Assembly (NCBI GenBank): GCA_947471565.1
Contig: CANIVT010000001.1
Location: 407 to 64,406, forward strand
Length of the DNA: 64,000 nt
DNA from: Spartobacteria bacterium
Lineage (GTDB): Bacteria; Verrucomicrobiota; Verrucomicrobiia; Chthoniobacterales; UBA6821
Reading direction: 5' to 3'
How positions within the stretch are numbered: the first letter of the stretch is position 1; each line of letters begins with the position of its first letter. Below, piece after piece: positions 1 through 9,280 of the stretch. The notes beneath the pieces were generated by a model, which was not told the DNA's origin, did no database searches, and saw only the letters and a program-made list of their open reading frames with translations. A program made the position numbers and the translations under genes.

Positions 1-611
1 AACGGATCACCGTGGTTCCTCATTTTTATGAATCTGAGGTAATTGCTGCTCCGCCCCCCAGTGGTGAGGGCGACGCCCTCTATGTCGGGAGGCTCTCTCC
101 GGAAAAAGGAGTGGATCGACTGATTCGCGCCTGGAAGCTCATTCAGGATTGCGGTCGAACGCTCTGGATCGTCGGAGATGGGCCGGAGCGTCCCCGGTTG
201 GAGACCGTGATTCGCGAGGAGAAAATTGCCAATGTCCGTTTCACCGGATTCCTCAATCAACAGGAAATGGCTGAAATCTGGACCAAGGCGTCATGCAGTA
301 TCGTTCCCTCGATCTGGAAGGAACCATTTGGAATGGTTGTTCTGGAGGCATGGGCCAAGGGACGCCCCGTCGTTGCGCATCGCATCGGAGCGCTTCCTGA
401 AATCATTGGTGACGGGGTGGATGGACTCCTCGTTCCCGAAAACTCCCCCGGGGAATTAGCTGAGGCGATTCTGTCGCTCTTGAATAATCCCGTCAGGGCC
501 GGTGAGATGGGGCGGGCTGGATTGCAAAAGTTGAAAGAGCGCTATTCCAAGAACGTCTGGATGGACGCCATGAAGCCTGTTCTCTCAAACTTAACACGAA
601 TGAAAGCATGA
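1..611 (+). CDS. Glycosyltransferase family 4 (GT-B), 5' end truncated by the window edge
   Basis: YVGRLSPEKG, VPSIWKEPFGMVVLEAWAKGRPVV and GALPEII..G..GLLV are GT4 C-terminal motifs. Confidence 0.9.
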   Translation, partial: RITVVPHFYESEVIAAPPPSGEGDALYVGRLSPEKGVDRLIRAWKLIQDCGRTLWIVGDGPERPRLETVIREEKIANVRFTGFLNQQEMAEIWTKASCSIVPSIWKEPFGMVVLEAWAKGRPVVAHRIGALPEIIGDGVDGLLVPENSPGELAEAILSLLNNPVRAGEMGRAGLQKLKERYSKNVWMDAMKPVLSNLTRMKA

Positions 612-700
612 TGATGGGAGAGAGATACTTTGATGCCCATGAACTTAGCCGGTTTGCCGTCGCTTCCGTAGAAGCACGACTATTTCCCAAAAACGCATGA
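608..700 (+). CDS. Putative 30-aa small protein MMMGERYFDAHELSRFAVASVEARLFPKNA
   Basis: The ORF exactly fills the gap and has ATGA overlaps with both the upstream stop (609-611) and the downstream start (697). Confidence 0.4.
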   Translation: MMMGERYFDAHELSRFAVASVEARLFPKNA

Positions 701-1416
701 GTGTGAACCGCCGCAAGTTCGACTGGGTGGGGGGAGCCGTCATTCCGTTTTCCTATCTTCTCGTCGTCCTGTTGATCGATGCCACAACGGCTCGCAGCAC
801 CATCACGCCTCTTTTCGGGATCATCGGGTTGCTTGTTCTTTCATTCTGCCTGACTCCTCGGGTCATGACTTTTTGGGCCGCCGTCTATTCGGTGACCGTG
901 GTGGCAATTTTCATGAACCCAATGCTCTTTCATTTCCTTAACAGGGAAGCTCCTGCAGGTGATGGACTGACCCCGCTTGTGCGAAGTGCCACGTTCGTCG
1001 TGGGAGCGATCATCTCCACTCTTTTTTGCCGGGTTCAATACCGTCTCAATCAGAGCAACACTGGATTGATCCATATGCTGGAAGAGATTCCGTCACCTGT
1101 GATCACCTCCGATCAGGACGGGAGGATTTATTTTGCGAACAGGTCTGCCGCGGTGATCGCCGGCCTGTCAGCAAAAGAATTACATGGCATGTTGTTTTTC
1201 GACCTCTTCGCCGACAAGGACCGTCAGGGAGCCACCATTGCGGATTATCTCCGAAGGTTTTCTTCCTCTCATATCGAGGAGCCGATTTTTCTGAAATGTC
1301 GGGGAACGACTTATCTGGGTTCCACCCGAATGATCGATACCTTAAGTCCGAGGCTGCTTATGATCGTTCTCAGTAGAGAAGATGTTGCAGACGGTTTCGT
1401 CCCACCCAACTCCTAA
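697..1416 (+). CDS. Membrane protein with C-terminal PAS domain and no output domain
   Basis: About 4 hydrophobic helices followed by LEEIPSPVITSDQDGRIYFANRSA...G, a PAS N-terminal signature. Confidence 0.75.
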   Translation: MSVNRRKFDWVGGAVIPFSYLLVVLLIDATTARSTITPLFGIIGLLVLSFCLTPRVMTFWAAVYSVTVVAIFMNPMLFHFLNREAPAGDGLTPLVRSATFVVGAIISTLFCRVQYRLNQSNTGLIHMLEEIPSPVITSDQDGRIYFANRSAAVIAGLSAKELHGMLFFDLFADKDRQGATIADYLRRFSSSHIEEPIFLKCRGTTYLGSTRMIDTLSPRLLMIVLSREDVADGFVPPNS

Positions 1417-1435
1417 AAAGCCATTGCAATTTCCA

Positions 1436-2485
1436 GTGGATCCATGCCGTTCCGCAGAGCGTCTTCTCCTCGTCGACGGGCATTACTATCTCTACCGCTC
1501 ATTTTTCGCGATCAGGGGACTCACGAATTCCAAGGGGGAGCCGACCAATGCCATCTACGGGTTTGTGAAGGCGATGCGCCGCATGATCTCGGATCTGAAG
1601 CCTGACTACGCGGCGGTCGTCTGGGATGCCGGACTGCCCGAGCGTCGCACCCAGCTCCAGCCAGAGTACAAGCAGCATCGCGACGAGATGCCCGATGATC
1701 TGGAGGTCCAGCAAGACCCGATTCAGGAGATCGTTCCTCTCGTGGGCGCGGCGAGCGTCTTCCTCGAGAACCATGAGGCCGATGACCTGATTGCCTCCTA
1801 CGTGATTGATGCGAGGAAGAGGGGCATTGAGTGCGTGGTTGCAACCAATGATAAGGACATCCTTCAGATGGTGGGAGAGGGGGTATCTGTTTACTCCACG
1901 GCCAAGAACGATGTGGGAGAGGGGAATGGTGGTTTCAAATTACTCGGAATCGCGGAGGTCCGCGAGAAGTGGGGAGTTGATCCCCATCTCATTGCCGATG
2001 TTCTGGCTCTCACCGGCGATGCGGCTGACAACATCCCGGGTGTTCCCGGTGTGGGTGGCAAGACCGCTGCGAAATGGATCACCCAGTATGGTTCGCTGGA
2101 TCGGATTCTAAGCTCGGATGGAGTCGATCCGAAGGTTTTGGAAAAAATCGCGCCTCACAGAGAGCAGATCCAAAGTAACAAACAGATGGTCGCCCTCGAT
2201 CTTGACCTGCTTCTGCCCCTGCCTATCACTGCCATGAAGGTAAGCCCCCGATATCCTGAGCTAATCGAGGCGATGAAGCGTTGCGAATTCCGATCACTCA
2301 CCGCAGAGGTGGAGCGGGAAGCAGCGGAATTAGGAGCTGGGAGATCGGAGATAGAGTCTAGGGGAGAGAGAAACGACGATTCTCTTCCCGGGAGCCGATC
2401 ACCCGTTTCCGATGCTGACGCCCCAATGAGCGATGCCCAAGCTTCCAACTCCCATCTCCCAACCCAAGGGGAGCTTTTCTCATGA
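1436..2485 (+). CDS. Stand-alone 5'-3' exonuclease / flap endonuclease (Pol I N-terminal domain, no polymerase domain); start uncertain (GTG 1436, ORF open from 1382)
   Basis: LLLVDGHYYLYRSFFA, PTNAIYGF, YKQHR, EADDLIAS, DKDILQ and the H3TH motif LTGDAADNIPGVPGVGGKTA; ends at about 350 aa. Confidence 0.9.
   Translation: MDPCRSAERLLLVDGHYYLYRSFFAIRGLTNSKGEPTNAIYGFVKAMRRMISDLKPDYAAVVWDAGLPERRTQLQPEYKQHRDEMPDDLEVQQDPIQEIVPLVGAASVFLENHEADDLIASYVIDARKRGIECVVATNDKDILQMVGEGVSVYSTAKNDVGEGNGGFKLLGIAEVREKWGVDPHLIADVLALTGDAADNIPGVPGVGGKTAAKWITQYGSLDRILSSDGVDPKVLEKIAPHREQIQSNKQMVALDLDLLLPLPITAMKVSPRYPELIEAMKRCEFRSLTAEVEREAAELGAGRSEIESRGERNDDSLPGSRSPVSDADAPMSDAQASNSHLPTQGELFS
2333..2463. repeat. Heptamer-period inverted-repeat pair inside the 3' end of the exonuclease CDS
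   Basis: GGAGCTG-GGAGATC-GGAGATA at 2333-2353 and the complementary CTTCCAA-CTCCCAT-CTCCCAA at 2442-2462. Confidence 0.5.
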
Positions 2486-3102
2486 GGGCCTCGCTTGCTC
2501 TGGGAGCCGGTCGAGGTCCAAGGCTTGCCGTTTTGGAATCGGTGAAAAGGTTCCCCGGTGGGATCAGTGTCACCGATCTCTCTGGAGAACTCGGGATGAG
2601 TTACATGGGTATAAAGGCTCACTGCCTTGCGCTTGAAAAATCGGGGTATCTGGAGACCAGGCGTGGGATTTCCAGCAAAGGGCGCCCGAAGCTGAATTAC
2701 CGACTCACCACGGCCGGGGAAGAACTGTTCCGTGGTGCCGGAAACGATCTGGCTCTGGCGATTCTAGGCGAGGCTGCCGGTCTCTTTGGGCCAGCGGCTC
2801 CACAAAAGCTTCTGATGATGTATTTTCGCACCGAGGGCGCCCGCTATGCGGCATTGATCCGGGGAGATCATCTGGAGGACAGAATAGCCAGCTTTGCGAG
2901 GATTCGTGATTCCGAGGGGCGTATCTGCAGTCTGCTCTCCGGTTCTCCGACTGAGATCCACGAGTGCCATGATTCCTTGGCAGACCTGCGACACGCCTAT
3001 CCGGGGATCGATGCCATGGAGGAGGCGATGGTTTCCGAGGTTCTTGGAATGAATGTCCGGAGGGAGAGGCGGGAAGGAAGGACTGTTTTTTTGATCGGCT
3101 AA
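2482..3102 (+). CDS. HTH transcriptional regulator, SufR/ArsR-like
   Basis: wHTH SVTDLSGELGMSYMGIKAHCLALEKSGYL..GRPKLNYRLT; ATGA overlap with the exonuclease. Confidence 0.8.
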   Translation: MRASLALGAGRGPRLAVLESVKRFPGGISVTDLSGELGMSYMGIKAHCLALEKSGYLETRRGISSKGRPKLNYRLTTAGEELFRGAGNDLALAILGEAAGLFGPAAPQKLLMMYFRTEGARYAALIRGDHLEDRIASFARIRDSEGRICSLLSGSPTEIHECHDSLADLRHAYPGIDAMEEAMVSEVLGMNVRRERREGRTVFLIG

Positions 3103-3109
3103 AGGAAGC

Positions 3110-3910
3110 TTATCTTCCCGGAAGGTGCTCAAGGCAATATTCAGAGCCTCCCGTCGTCACGCGGAACTCAAGGTCGGGATTTGTCAGTTCAGTCCTTCCG
3201 CATGTCGTGCAACGGTGTAGGGGTTCCTCAGTGAGGATCGTTTTGTTCAAGGCTGCACGCAGGGGGGCTCCTGAGCGGCCAAGTCCCGCCAAGCCGATCT
3301 TGCGCGCAAGTTCGGTACCGAAAAACAGAAGATAATTCAGCAGAGCGGCACCAAGCGTCGCCGCCGCGACCAGAGGTTGGCCCAAAACGGCCAAGATCAT
3401 GAGGATCGCACTGATGCCAGCCAGCCAAGCGATGCGTACCGGTAGGATGAAAAAGACGAGCACCTTGAAGTCGGGGTAGAGGGTTGCAAAGGCAAGGAGC
3501 AGCGAGAGGTTAAGGAAAGTATTGGCCCTGCCGACAGTTCCTCCTCCCCCCTGAAGGCCAAAGAAGAAATTCACCACCGTGCACAGCACGACTCCCGTAA
3601 GATAGAACAGCGTCAGTCTTGGGGGGCCCATTCCCGCCTCTAGTCCGTCTCCAAGATAGAGTAGGAAGAGCAGGGCAAAGAAAATCCAAAATGGGCTGAG
3701 TGTCTCGGGAATGAAGATCCAGGTGATCAGTCGCCAAATCTGACCCTCGAGGATGAGGCGAGGATCGAGTTCGAGAACCGAGAGATAGCCAGGCGCCAGC
3801 AGATGGAGGATGAAGACCAAGGCATTCAGCAGGGCCACGTAGCGGATGAGCCCTGGAACGGCAAAGCGGTCCTGAAGGTTCTGAATGAAGCGGCCTTTGT
3901 TCGTTGCCAT
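3110..3910 (-). CDS. Rhomboid-superfamily (Derlin-like) membrane protein with C-terminal zinc-finger-like tail
   Basis: GQIWRLITW (WR motif), multiple TM helices, FATLYPD..FFILPV, tail HRCTTC...YCLEH. Confidence 0.7.
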   Translation of the reverse strand: MATNKGRFIQNLQDRFAVPGLIRYVALLNALVFILHLLAPGYLSVLELDPRLILEGQIWRLITWIFIPETLSPFWIFFALLFLLYLGDGLEAGMGPPRLTLFYLTGVVLCTVVNFFFGLQGGGGTVGRANTFLNLSLLLAFATLYPDFKVLVFFILPVRIAWLAGISAILMILAVLGQPLVAAATLGAALLNYLLFFGTELARKIGLAGLGRSGAPLRAALNKTILTEEPLHRCTTCGRTELTNPDLEFRVTTGGSEYCLEHLPGR

Positions 3911-4044
3911 CGGCAGATGATGACACTTTGGAGTTTGCATGAACATCCGGAAGATCCCTTCCTTTCCACAAGGGGCCCAGATTGTGTCAAAAGAGACACA
4001 ATCATTTTGGTGGCAAGTCCTTAGGATGGAGGTAGCTTTTCTCT

Positions 4045-4725
4045 ATGGCCTCTCCGGAGGAAATTCCAAATATCGAACCCTTTCCCCTGTCTCCTCGATT
4101 CAGGAGAGGGGAGGAGTCCGCCGAATTATCTACTGGTCCGTCAGTCCCATCGCCCAAGGCTGTCCGTTCGTTCACTCCTTCGTCGCGGGCCAAGGTGGAG
4201 TTTTGGCATCAGGGAGAGCAACCCAGCCAAGTAGAAAAGATTTCCAAGGCTCCTCGCTATAATCATGCCCGTCGTGCCGATCAGATGGGTCTGCTGATGG
4301 CTATCTTTGCTGCCTTGGTCATCGCTCTCGTGGCCTTGGCTCTTCGTCTGAACAACAAGAAGTATTCTTTCCAGTCAGGAACAGCGCCGAAAAGCAGAAC
4401 GCCGGTGGTTGATTTTTATCAGGGGAATCAAGCCTTTGCAAAAAAGGTGAAGCAAGAAAGAGAGGGTCCATCAGCTGCGGATCTTCCGGTTCAGGGTGCG
4501 AACGAGGATTTCGAAATCTCTCTTCAGGCCCAGATGGCGAGCATGAACGCCAAGTTGGAAAAAATGCGTTCGCAGAAACTTCTTGAGGAACCACCGATTC
4601 CCGTGCCTGACAAGGGGGCTCGTCCTGCTCCCGTGATCGGTGTGCGGCCCACGGAAATCCAGAAATTCAATTCACCCTTGGAGTTTAACGGGATGCTGCC
4701 AAAGCCTCTTCGGGAGGCCAAGTAA
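4045..4725 (+). CDS. Hypothetical single-pass membrane protein
   Basis: 226-aa ORF with one central TM helix (MGLLMAIFAALVIALVALAL) and Pro-rich flanks. Confidence 0.6.
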   Translation: MASPEEIPNIEPFPLSPRFRRGEESAELSTGPSVPSPKAVRSFTPSSRAKVEFWHQGEQPSQVEKISKAPRYNHARRADQMGLLMAIFAALVIALVALALRLNNKKYSFQSGTAPKSRTPVVDFYQGNQAFAKKVKQEREGPSAADLPVQGANEDFEISLQAQMASMNAKLEKMRSQKLLEEPPIPVPDKGARPAPVIGVRPTEIQKFNSPLEFNGMLPKPLREAK

Positions 4726-4813
4726 GGTAGGTTGCCCTGGTGGTATGACAGGGGATTCGTCCGGCCTCAGTGGCTAGGCATTAAGAGCTTGGCATGAACT
4801 CAGCCTGCCGTCG

Positions 4814-5230
4814 TCAGTCCTGCTTAAACTTGGAGTGACCCTCTTTCTTGATCGGGTTGATCAGCGCCGCCATCGACTGGGCTTTGGGGTAGTCTCCCGC
4901 CTTCACAGCCTGCTCCACCTGATCAAAGGCTGCCTTCAGCTTTTCGAGTTCAGCCCTGTAGTCAGCCAGAAAAGCTACACGACCCGCTTCTGGAATGGTT
5001 TTGGTTTTCAGTGGATCGAGCGCCTGGGCGTCCGTGGCGGCTTTCTTAAGCGATTCCAGCAGGGCGATGTTCTCTTGCTGCTTGGCAGGATCGGAAAGCT
5101 GCTGGGAAAGTTGTCTGGTGCCGCGGGCGAGGATCTTCATCTGTCCATCAAGCGGAGTTTCATCGTCAGCTTGCAGGACGTGGGTGAAAGGAAGAATCGC
5201 TAGGGTGATGAGGAGAACGGGATGCTTCAT
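4814..5230 (-). CDS. Periplasmic cytochrome b562-family four-helix protein
   Basis: Signal peptide ending LQA, N-terminal PLDGQM (Met ligand), C-terminal KKEGHSKFK (His ligand). Confidence 0.7.
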   Translation of the reverse strand: MKHPVLLITLAILPFTHVLQADDETPLDGQMKILARGTRQLSQQLSDPAKQQENIALLESLKKAATDAQALDPLKTKTIPEAGRVAFLADYRAELEKLKAAFDQVEQAVKAGDYPKAQSMAALINPIKKEGHSKFKQD

Positions 5231-5312
5231 AGGTGGAACACAAAAGTGATCACGCCGTTGGGTGCAGACAATCTCATTCTGGAGAGATGTTGTCGGTAAG
5301 ACGGCTGCGTGG

Positions 5313-7862
5313 TTACGCAACGACAATGTTCACGAGGCGGCCGAGGACAACGATCACCTTCTTTACCTCCTTGCCCTCTAAGTGTGGTCTGAGGGATTCC
5401 TCTGAGAAGGTCGCCTTCTCGACGGCATCCTTGTCTGCGGCGGTCGGGACGGTGACATGACCGCGGACCTTACCGTTGATCTGAACGGCGTAGGTGACCT
5501 CGTTGACGATGAGGTATTCCTCGTTCCATGTGGGCCAGGGCACCTGCGAGGCGAGTCCTTCGAAGCCTGGGAACTTCACGGCCAGGCGGGACCAGAGTTC
5601 CTCCACAAGGTGGGGTGCGAAGGGGCTCAGGAGCGGCAAGAAGAGTCGCAGGGCCTCAATCGGGCGAGGGGTGGCCGAGGTGAACTCGTTCGTGCAGACC
5701 ATCATCTGGGAGATTGCCGTATTAAAACTCAATGACTCGATGTCGCCGGTGACCTTCTTGATCGTGGCGTGCAGGACGCGGCGCTGTGCCGATGTAAGCT
5801 CCAGATCGGCGAGATCGCCCGAGAGGACCCAGTTCCCCTCCTGATCCTCATTCATAGCGAGGCGCCAGACGCGGGCGAGGAAGCGGTAGACACCCTCGAC
5901 GCCGGTAGTGCTCCAGGGCTTCCCATGCTCGAGAGGTCCCATGAACATCTCGTAGAGACGGAGGGAATCGGCCCCGTACTCGGAGACGACCGAGTCGGGA
6001 TTGACCACGTTGCCTCGGCTCTTGGACATTTTCACCCCATCCTGTCCAAGGATCAGACCTTGGTTTACAAGACGCTGGAACGGCTCGGGGGTTGTGAGGT
6101 GGCCGAGGTCGCGAAGCACCTTGTGCCAGAAGCGGGCGTAGAGCAGGTGCAGGACGGCGTGTTCGGTGCCGCCAACATAGAGGTCGACGCCACCCGGCTT
6201 GCCATTGGCACCCATCCAGTACTCCTCGGCCTCCTTGCCGATAAAGCGCTCGTTGTTCTTAGGGTCGCAGAAGCGCAGGTAGTACCAGCAGGAGCCTGCC
6301 CATTGGGGCATCGTATTGAGCTCGCGCACGGCCGTGTCGGAGTAGCGAACCCAGTCCGTGGCCTTGGAAAGCGGGGGCTCGGCTGTTCCGGTTGGCTTGA
6401 AGTCTTCCATTGCCGGAGGCTCGACCGGGAGATCCGAGTCGGAGAGGGAGCGGTGCTTTCCATTCTCCCAGATGATGGGGAAGGGCTCGCCCCAGTAGCG
6501 CTGGCGCGAGAAAAGCCAGTCGCGGAGCTTGTAGGTGATGGTGCCCTTGCCGAGCCCTTTCTCCTCGAGCCAAGTGATGATCCGCTGTTTTGCCTCGGGG
6601 GTGCGGAGGCCATCGAGATGGGCGGAATTCACCGCTGTTCCTTCTCCGCTAAAACATCCATCCATAGGCTCGTCGGGGCGGACGACTTGGATGACTGGGA
6701 GGGAGAACTTCAAGGCGAATTCATGGTCGCGCTCATCGTGCGCTGGGACGGCCATGATGGCCCCCGTGCCGTAGCCGGTGAGGACATAGTCGGCGATCCA
6801 GACGGGGATCTTCTCGCCGTTGACGGGATTGATGGCATAGGCACCGGTGAAGACGCCGGTCTTTTCCTTGGCGAGATCGGTGCGCTCGAGATCGCTCTTG
6901 GCATTGACGGCCTTCACGTAGGTCTCAACTGCAGAGCGCTGTCCCTCGGAGGTGATCTGTGCGACCAGCGGATGCTCAGGGGCAAGTACGAGGTAGGTCG
7001 CGCCGAAGAGGGTGTCGGGTCGCGTCGTGAAGACGGTGACGGAGTCGTTTTTTTCTTCGAGGCCGAATCGCACCTCGGCTCCCTCACTGCGACCGATCCA
7101 GTTGCGTTGCAGGATCTTGATGGATTCAGGCCAGTCGAGCTCTTCCAGATCAGCCATCAGGCGCTCGGCGTAGGCCGTGATGCGGAGCATCCACTGGCGC
7201 ATCGGGCGACGTTCCACGGGGAAGCCCCCGACCTCGCTCTTCCCATCGACGACTTCCTCGTTGGCGAGCACCGTGCCGAGTTCGGGGCACCAGTTCACAG
7301 GTACCTCCGAGACATAGGCGAGACGCACGGAATCGGGATCCTCGCCCGAGTAGGTGGAGATTGGTTCGGCATGGCCGGTCGCCGGGTTGACCCAGGCGTT
7401 GTAAAGCTGGAGGAAGATCCACTGAGTCCAGCGGAAGTACTCCGGATCGGTCGTCCCTACCTCTCGGGACCAGTCGTAACTGAAGCCAAGTGACTGAAGC
7501 TGCTTGCGGAAGTTGTCGACGTTGCGCTGGGTGGTGACGCGGGGATGCTGACCGGTCTTGATCGCGTACTGCTCGGCAGGAAGGCCGAAGGCGTCCCAAC
7601 CCATCGGGTGGAGAACGTTCGCACCCGTCATGCGGCGGTAGCGGGCGAGGATGTCGGTCGCGGTGTACCCCTCGACATGGCCGACATGGAGTCCGTCGCC
7701 ACTGGGGTAGGGGAACATATCGAGCACATAGTACTTCAGTGCATCGGCACGGAAGCCGGGGTCGCCGGGATTCTTCGCGCGGAAGGCATGGGTCTCGAGC
7801 CAGTGCCGTTGCCAGCGAGGCTCGAATTCGGAAAAGGGATAGTGCTTGCGGGTCAGGGACAT
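5313..7862 (-). CDS. leuS: Leucine--tRNA ligase
   Basis: [48 protein letters not shown]. Confidence 0.98.
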   Translation of the reverse strand: MSLTRKHYPFSEFEPRWQRHWLETHAFRAKNPGDPGFRADALKYYVLDMFPYPSGDGLHVGHVEGYTATDILARYRRMTGANVLHPMGWDAFGLPAEQYAIKTGQHPRVTTQRNVDNFRKQLQSLGFSYDWSREVGTTDPEYFRWTQWIFLQLYNAWVNPATGHAEPISTYSGEDPDSVRLAYVSEVPVNWCPELGTVLANEEVVDGKSEVGGFPVERRPMRQWMLRITAYAERLMADLEELDWPESIKILQRNWIGRSEGAEVRFGLEEKNDSVTVFTTRPDTLFGATYLVLAPEHPLVAQITSEGQRSAVETYVKAVNAKSDLERTDLAKEKTGVFTGAYAINPVNGEKIPVWIADYVLTGYGTGAIMAVPAHDERDHEFALKFSLPVIQVVRPDEPMDGCFSGEGTAVNSAHLDGLRTPEAKQRIITWLEEKGLGKGTITYKLRDWLFSRQRYWGEPFPIIWENGKHRSLSDSDLPVEPPAMEDFKPTGTAEPPLSKATDWVRYSDTAVRELNTMPQWAGSCWYYLRFCDPKNNERFIGKEAEEYWMGANGKPGGVDLYVGGTEHAVLHLLYARFWHKVLRDLGHLTTPEPFQRLVNQGLILGQDGVKMSKSRGNVVNPDSVVSEYGADSLRLYEMFMGPLEHGKPWSTTGVEGVYRFLARVWRLAMNEDQEGNWVLSGDLADLELTSAQRRVLHATIKKVTGDIESLSFNTAISQMMVCTNEFTSATPRPIEALRLFLPLLSPFAPHLVEELWSRLAVKFPGFEGLASQVPWPTWNEEYLIVNEVTYAVQINGKVRGHVTVPTAADKDAVEKATFSEESLRPHLEGKEVKKVIVVLGRLVNIVVA

Positions 7863-7886
7863 CTCGTTCGAACTGTTGAGTCCGTT

Positions 7887-8507
7887 ATGCAATCCGAAAA
7901 CCCCGCTGTCGCCAAGCCCACGCCCATTTTCCTCGCCACCCGCAATCGCCATAAGACCCGCGAGATTCAAGAGATGCTGGGATCTGGGGTGCTGGTGACC
8001 GATGCGACGACCGTTCCCGAGTTGCCCGAGATCGAGGAGACCGGGACCACCTTTGAGGCCAACTCACGCCTAAAGGCCGAGGGGATCTCCCGTCATGTGC
8101 CGGGCATCGTGTTGGCCGATGACTCGGGATTGGAGGTTGATGCACTTAGCAAGGAGCCGGGTGTCTATTCCGCCAGATATGCGGGCCCGGGATGCACCGA
8201 TGAGCAAAATACGGCGCTCGTGCTGGAGAAGACTGTAGGGGTTCTCCATACCGAAAGGACAGCCCGATTCCGCTGCGTCCTAGCGGTTGCGGAGAACGGC
8301 GTAACACTTGCCACCTTTGACGGGACGGTCGAGGGGATCCTAGCCACCGAGGTGCGCGGGGCCGGCGGCTTCGGTTATGATCCGATCTTCATGCCTCTAG
8401 GTTATAGCGAAACCTTTGGGGAGCTCTCCAGCGAGGTGAAGCACGGGATGAGCCATCGCAGTAGGGCCCTGGCCCAGTTCAAGCAGTGGTGGGCAGCGAG
8501 GCAGTAG
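7887..8507 (+). CDS. rdgB: Non-canonical purine NTP pyrophosphatase (RdgB/HAM1)
   Basis: [33 protein letters not shown]. Confidence 0.95.
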   Translation: MQSENPAVAKPTPIFLATRNRHKTREIQEMLGSGVLVTDATTVPELPEIEETGTTFEANSRLKAEGISRHVPGIVLADDSGLEVDALSKEPGVYSARYAGPGCTDEQNTALVLEKTVGVLHTERTARFRCVLAVAENGVTLATFDGTVEGILATEVRGAGGFGYDPIFMPLGYSETFGELSSEVKHGMSHRSRALAQFKQWWAARQ

Positions 8508-8529
8508 GAGAACACGTCGCCGAGCAGCT

Positions 8530-9264
8530 TTACGCCCGGTGATTTTTTCGGAAGAGGGCGCCTTGTCGCCTTGAGAAGATGATTTCCCGTCCGCTGTTCA
8601 GGCGTACCCGGAGCCCCTCTTCCTCCTGACGCGTTTCACGGATGGCATGGATGTTAACCAGTGCTTCACGTGAGCACCGGAAGAAAAGACGGGGATCGAG
8701 TCGCTCCTCAAGGCGTTGAAGGGGTCTGTTGACAATCCCTTTCCCTTGGTCCCAGTGCACTGTCGTCCCCTCTGTGGAGGACTCAATGAGTTGGATTTCA
8801 TGAATGGGAAGGAGCAGGCACTCGCCATCGATTTTGAGCAGGATCACATCCCCCGAGGTGAGCCGGGTATCCTGAGTCTCAGACGATTTGAGTCGGGAGA
8901 GCGCCTTCGCTAGGCGGTCCTTGTCGAATGGTTTGAGCAGGTAATCGACGGCCTTCTCCTCAAACGCCTGCACGGCGAAGTGTTCGTAAGCAGTCGTGAA
9001 GATAACCGGTGGCCGATCGGGACCGAGCTTCCGAAGTAGGTCGAAGCCGCTTCCTCCCGGCATCTGGATGTCGAGCAGGATCAAGTCGGGGCGCGAGGAC
9101 TTGGCCAGAGGGATGGCCTCGCTCACCGAGGATGCCTCCCGGATTTCACCCGTCATTCCGAGAGAGAGCAGCATACGCCGGAGATCGGAGCGTGCAGGAC
9201 GTTCGTCCTCGACGATCATGATGCAGAGGTCGCGAGCCAAGGTGTCGTGAAGAAGCGAGCTCAT
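8530..9264 (-). CDS. LytTR-family response regulator
   Basis: Receiver motifs IVEDE, LLDIQMPG, FTTAY and DYLLKP; C-terminal FFRCSREALVN LytTR-like domain. Confidence 0.9.
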   Translation of the reverse strand: MSSLLHDTLARDLCIMIVEDERPARSDLRRMLLSLGMTGEIREASSVSEAIPLAKSSRPDLILLDIQMPGGSGFDLLRKLGPDRPPVIFTTAYEHFAVQAFEEKAVDYLLKPFDKDRLAKALSRLKSSETQDTRLTSGDVILLKIDGECLLLPIHEIQLIESSTEGTTVHWDQGKGIVNRPLQRLEERLDPRLFFRCSREALVNIHAIRETRQEEEGLRVRLNSGREIIFSRRQGALFRKNHRA

Positions 9265-9280
9265 GATCAGTTATCGGGGG

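Noticed and set aside
5769-7493. 574-aa + strand ORF antisense to leuS (similar long ORFs at 11958-13058, 13486-14667, 20300-21547, 47432-49087 and 55430-57064)
   Set aside because: Shadow ORFs produced by high GC3 codon bias opposite conserved genes; no recognisable motifs
7863-7970. Upstream extensions of ORF-track calls (leuS, rdgB, nusA, rbfA, truB, gltX, yqeY, folD, ubiX, rplS, tonB-like, carB, sigma factor)
   Set aside because: Extensions overlap neighbouring genes or repeats and precede the family-typical N-termini, so starts were trimmed
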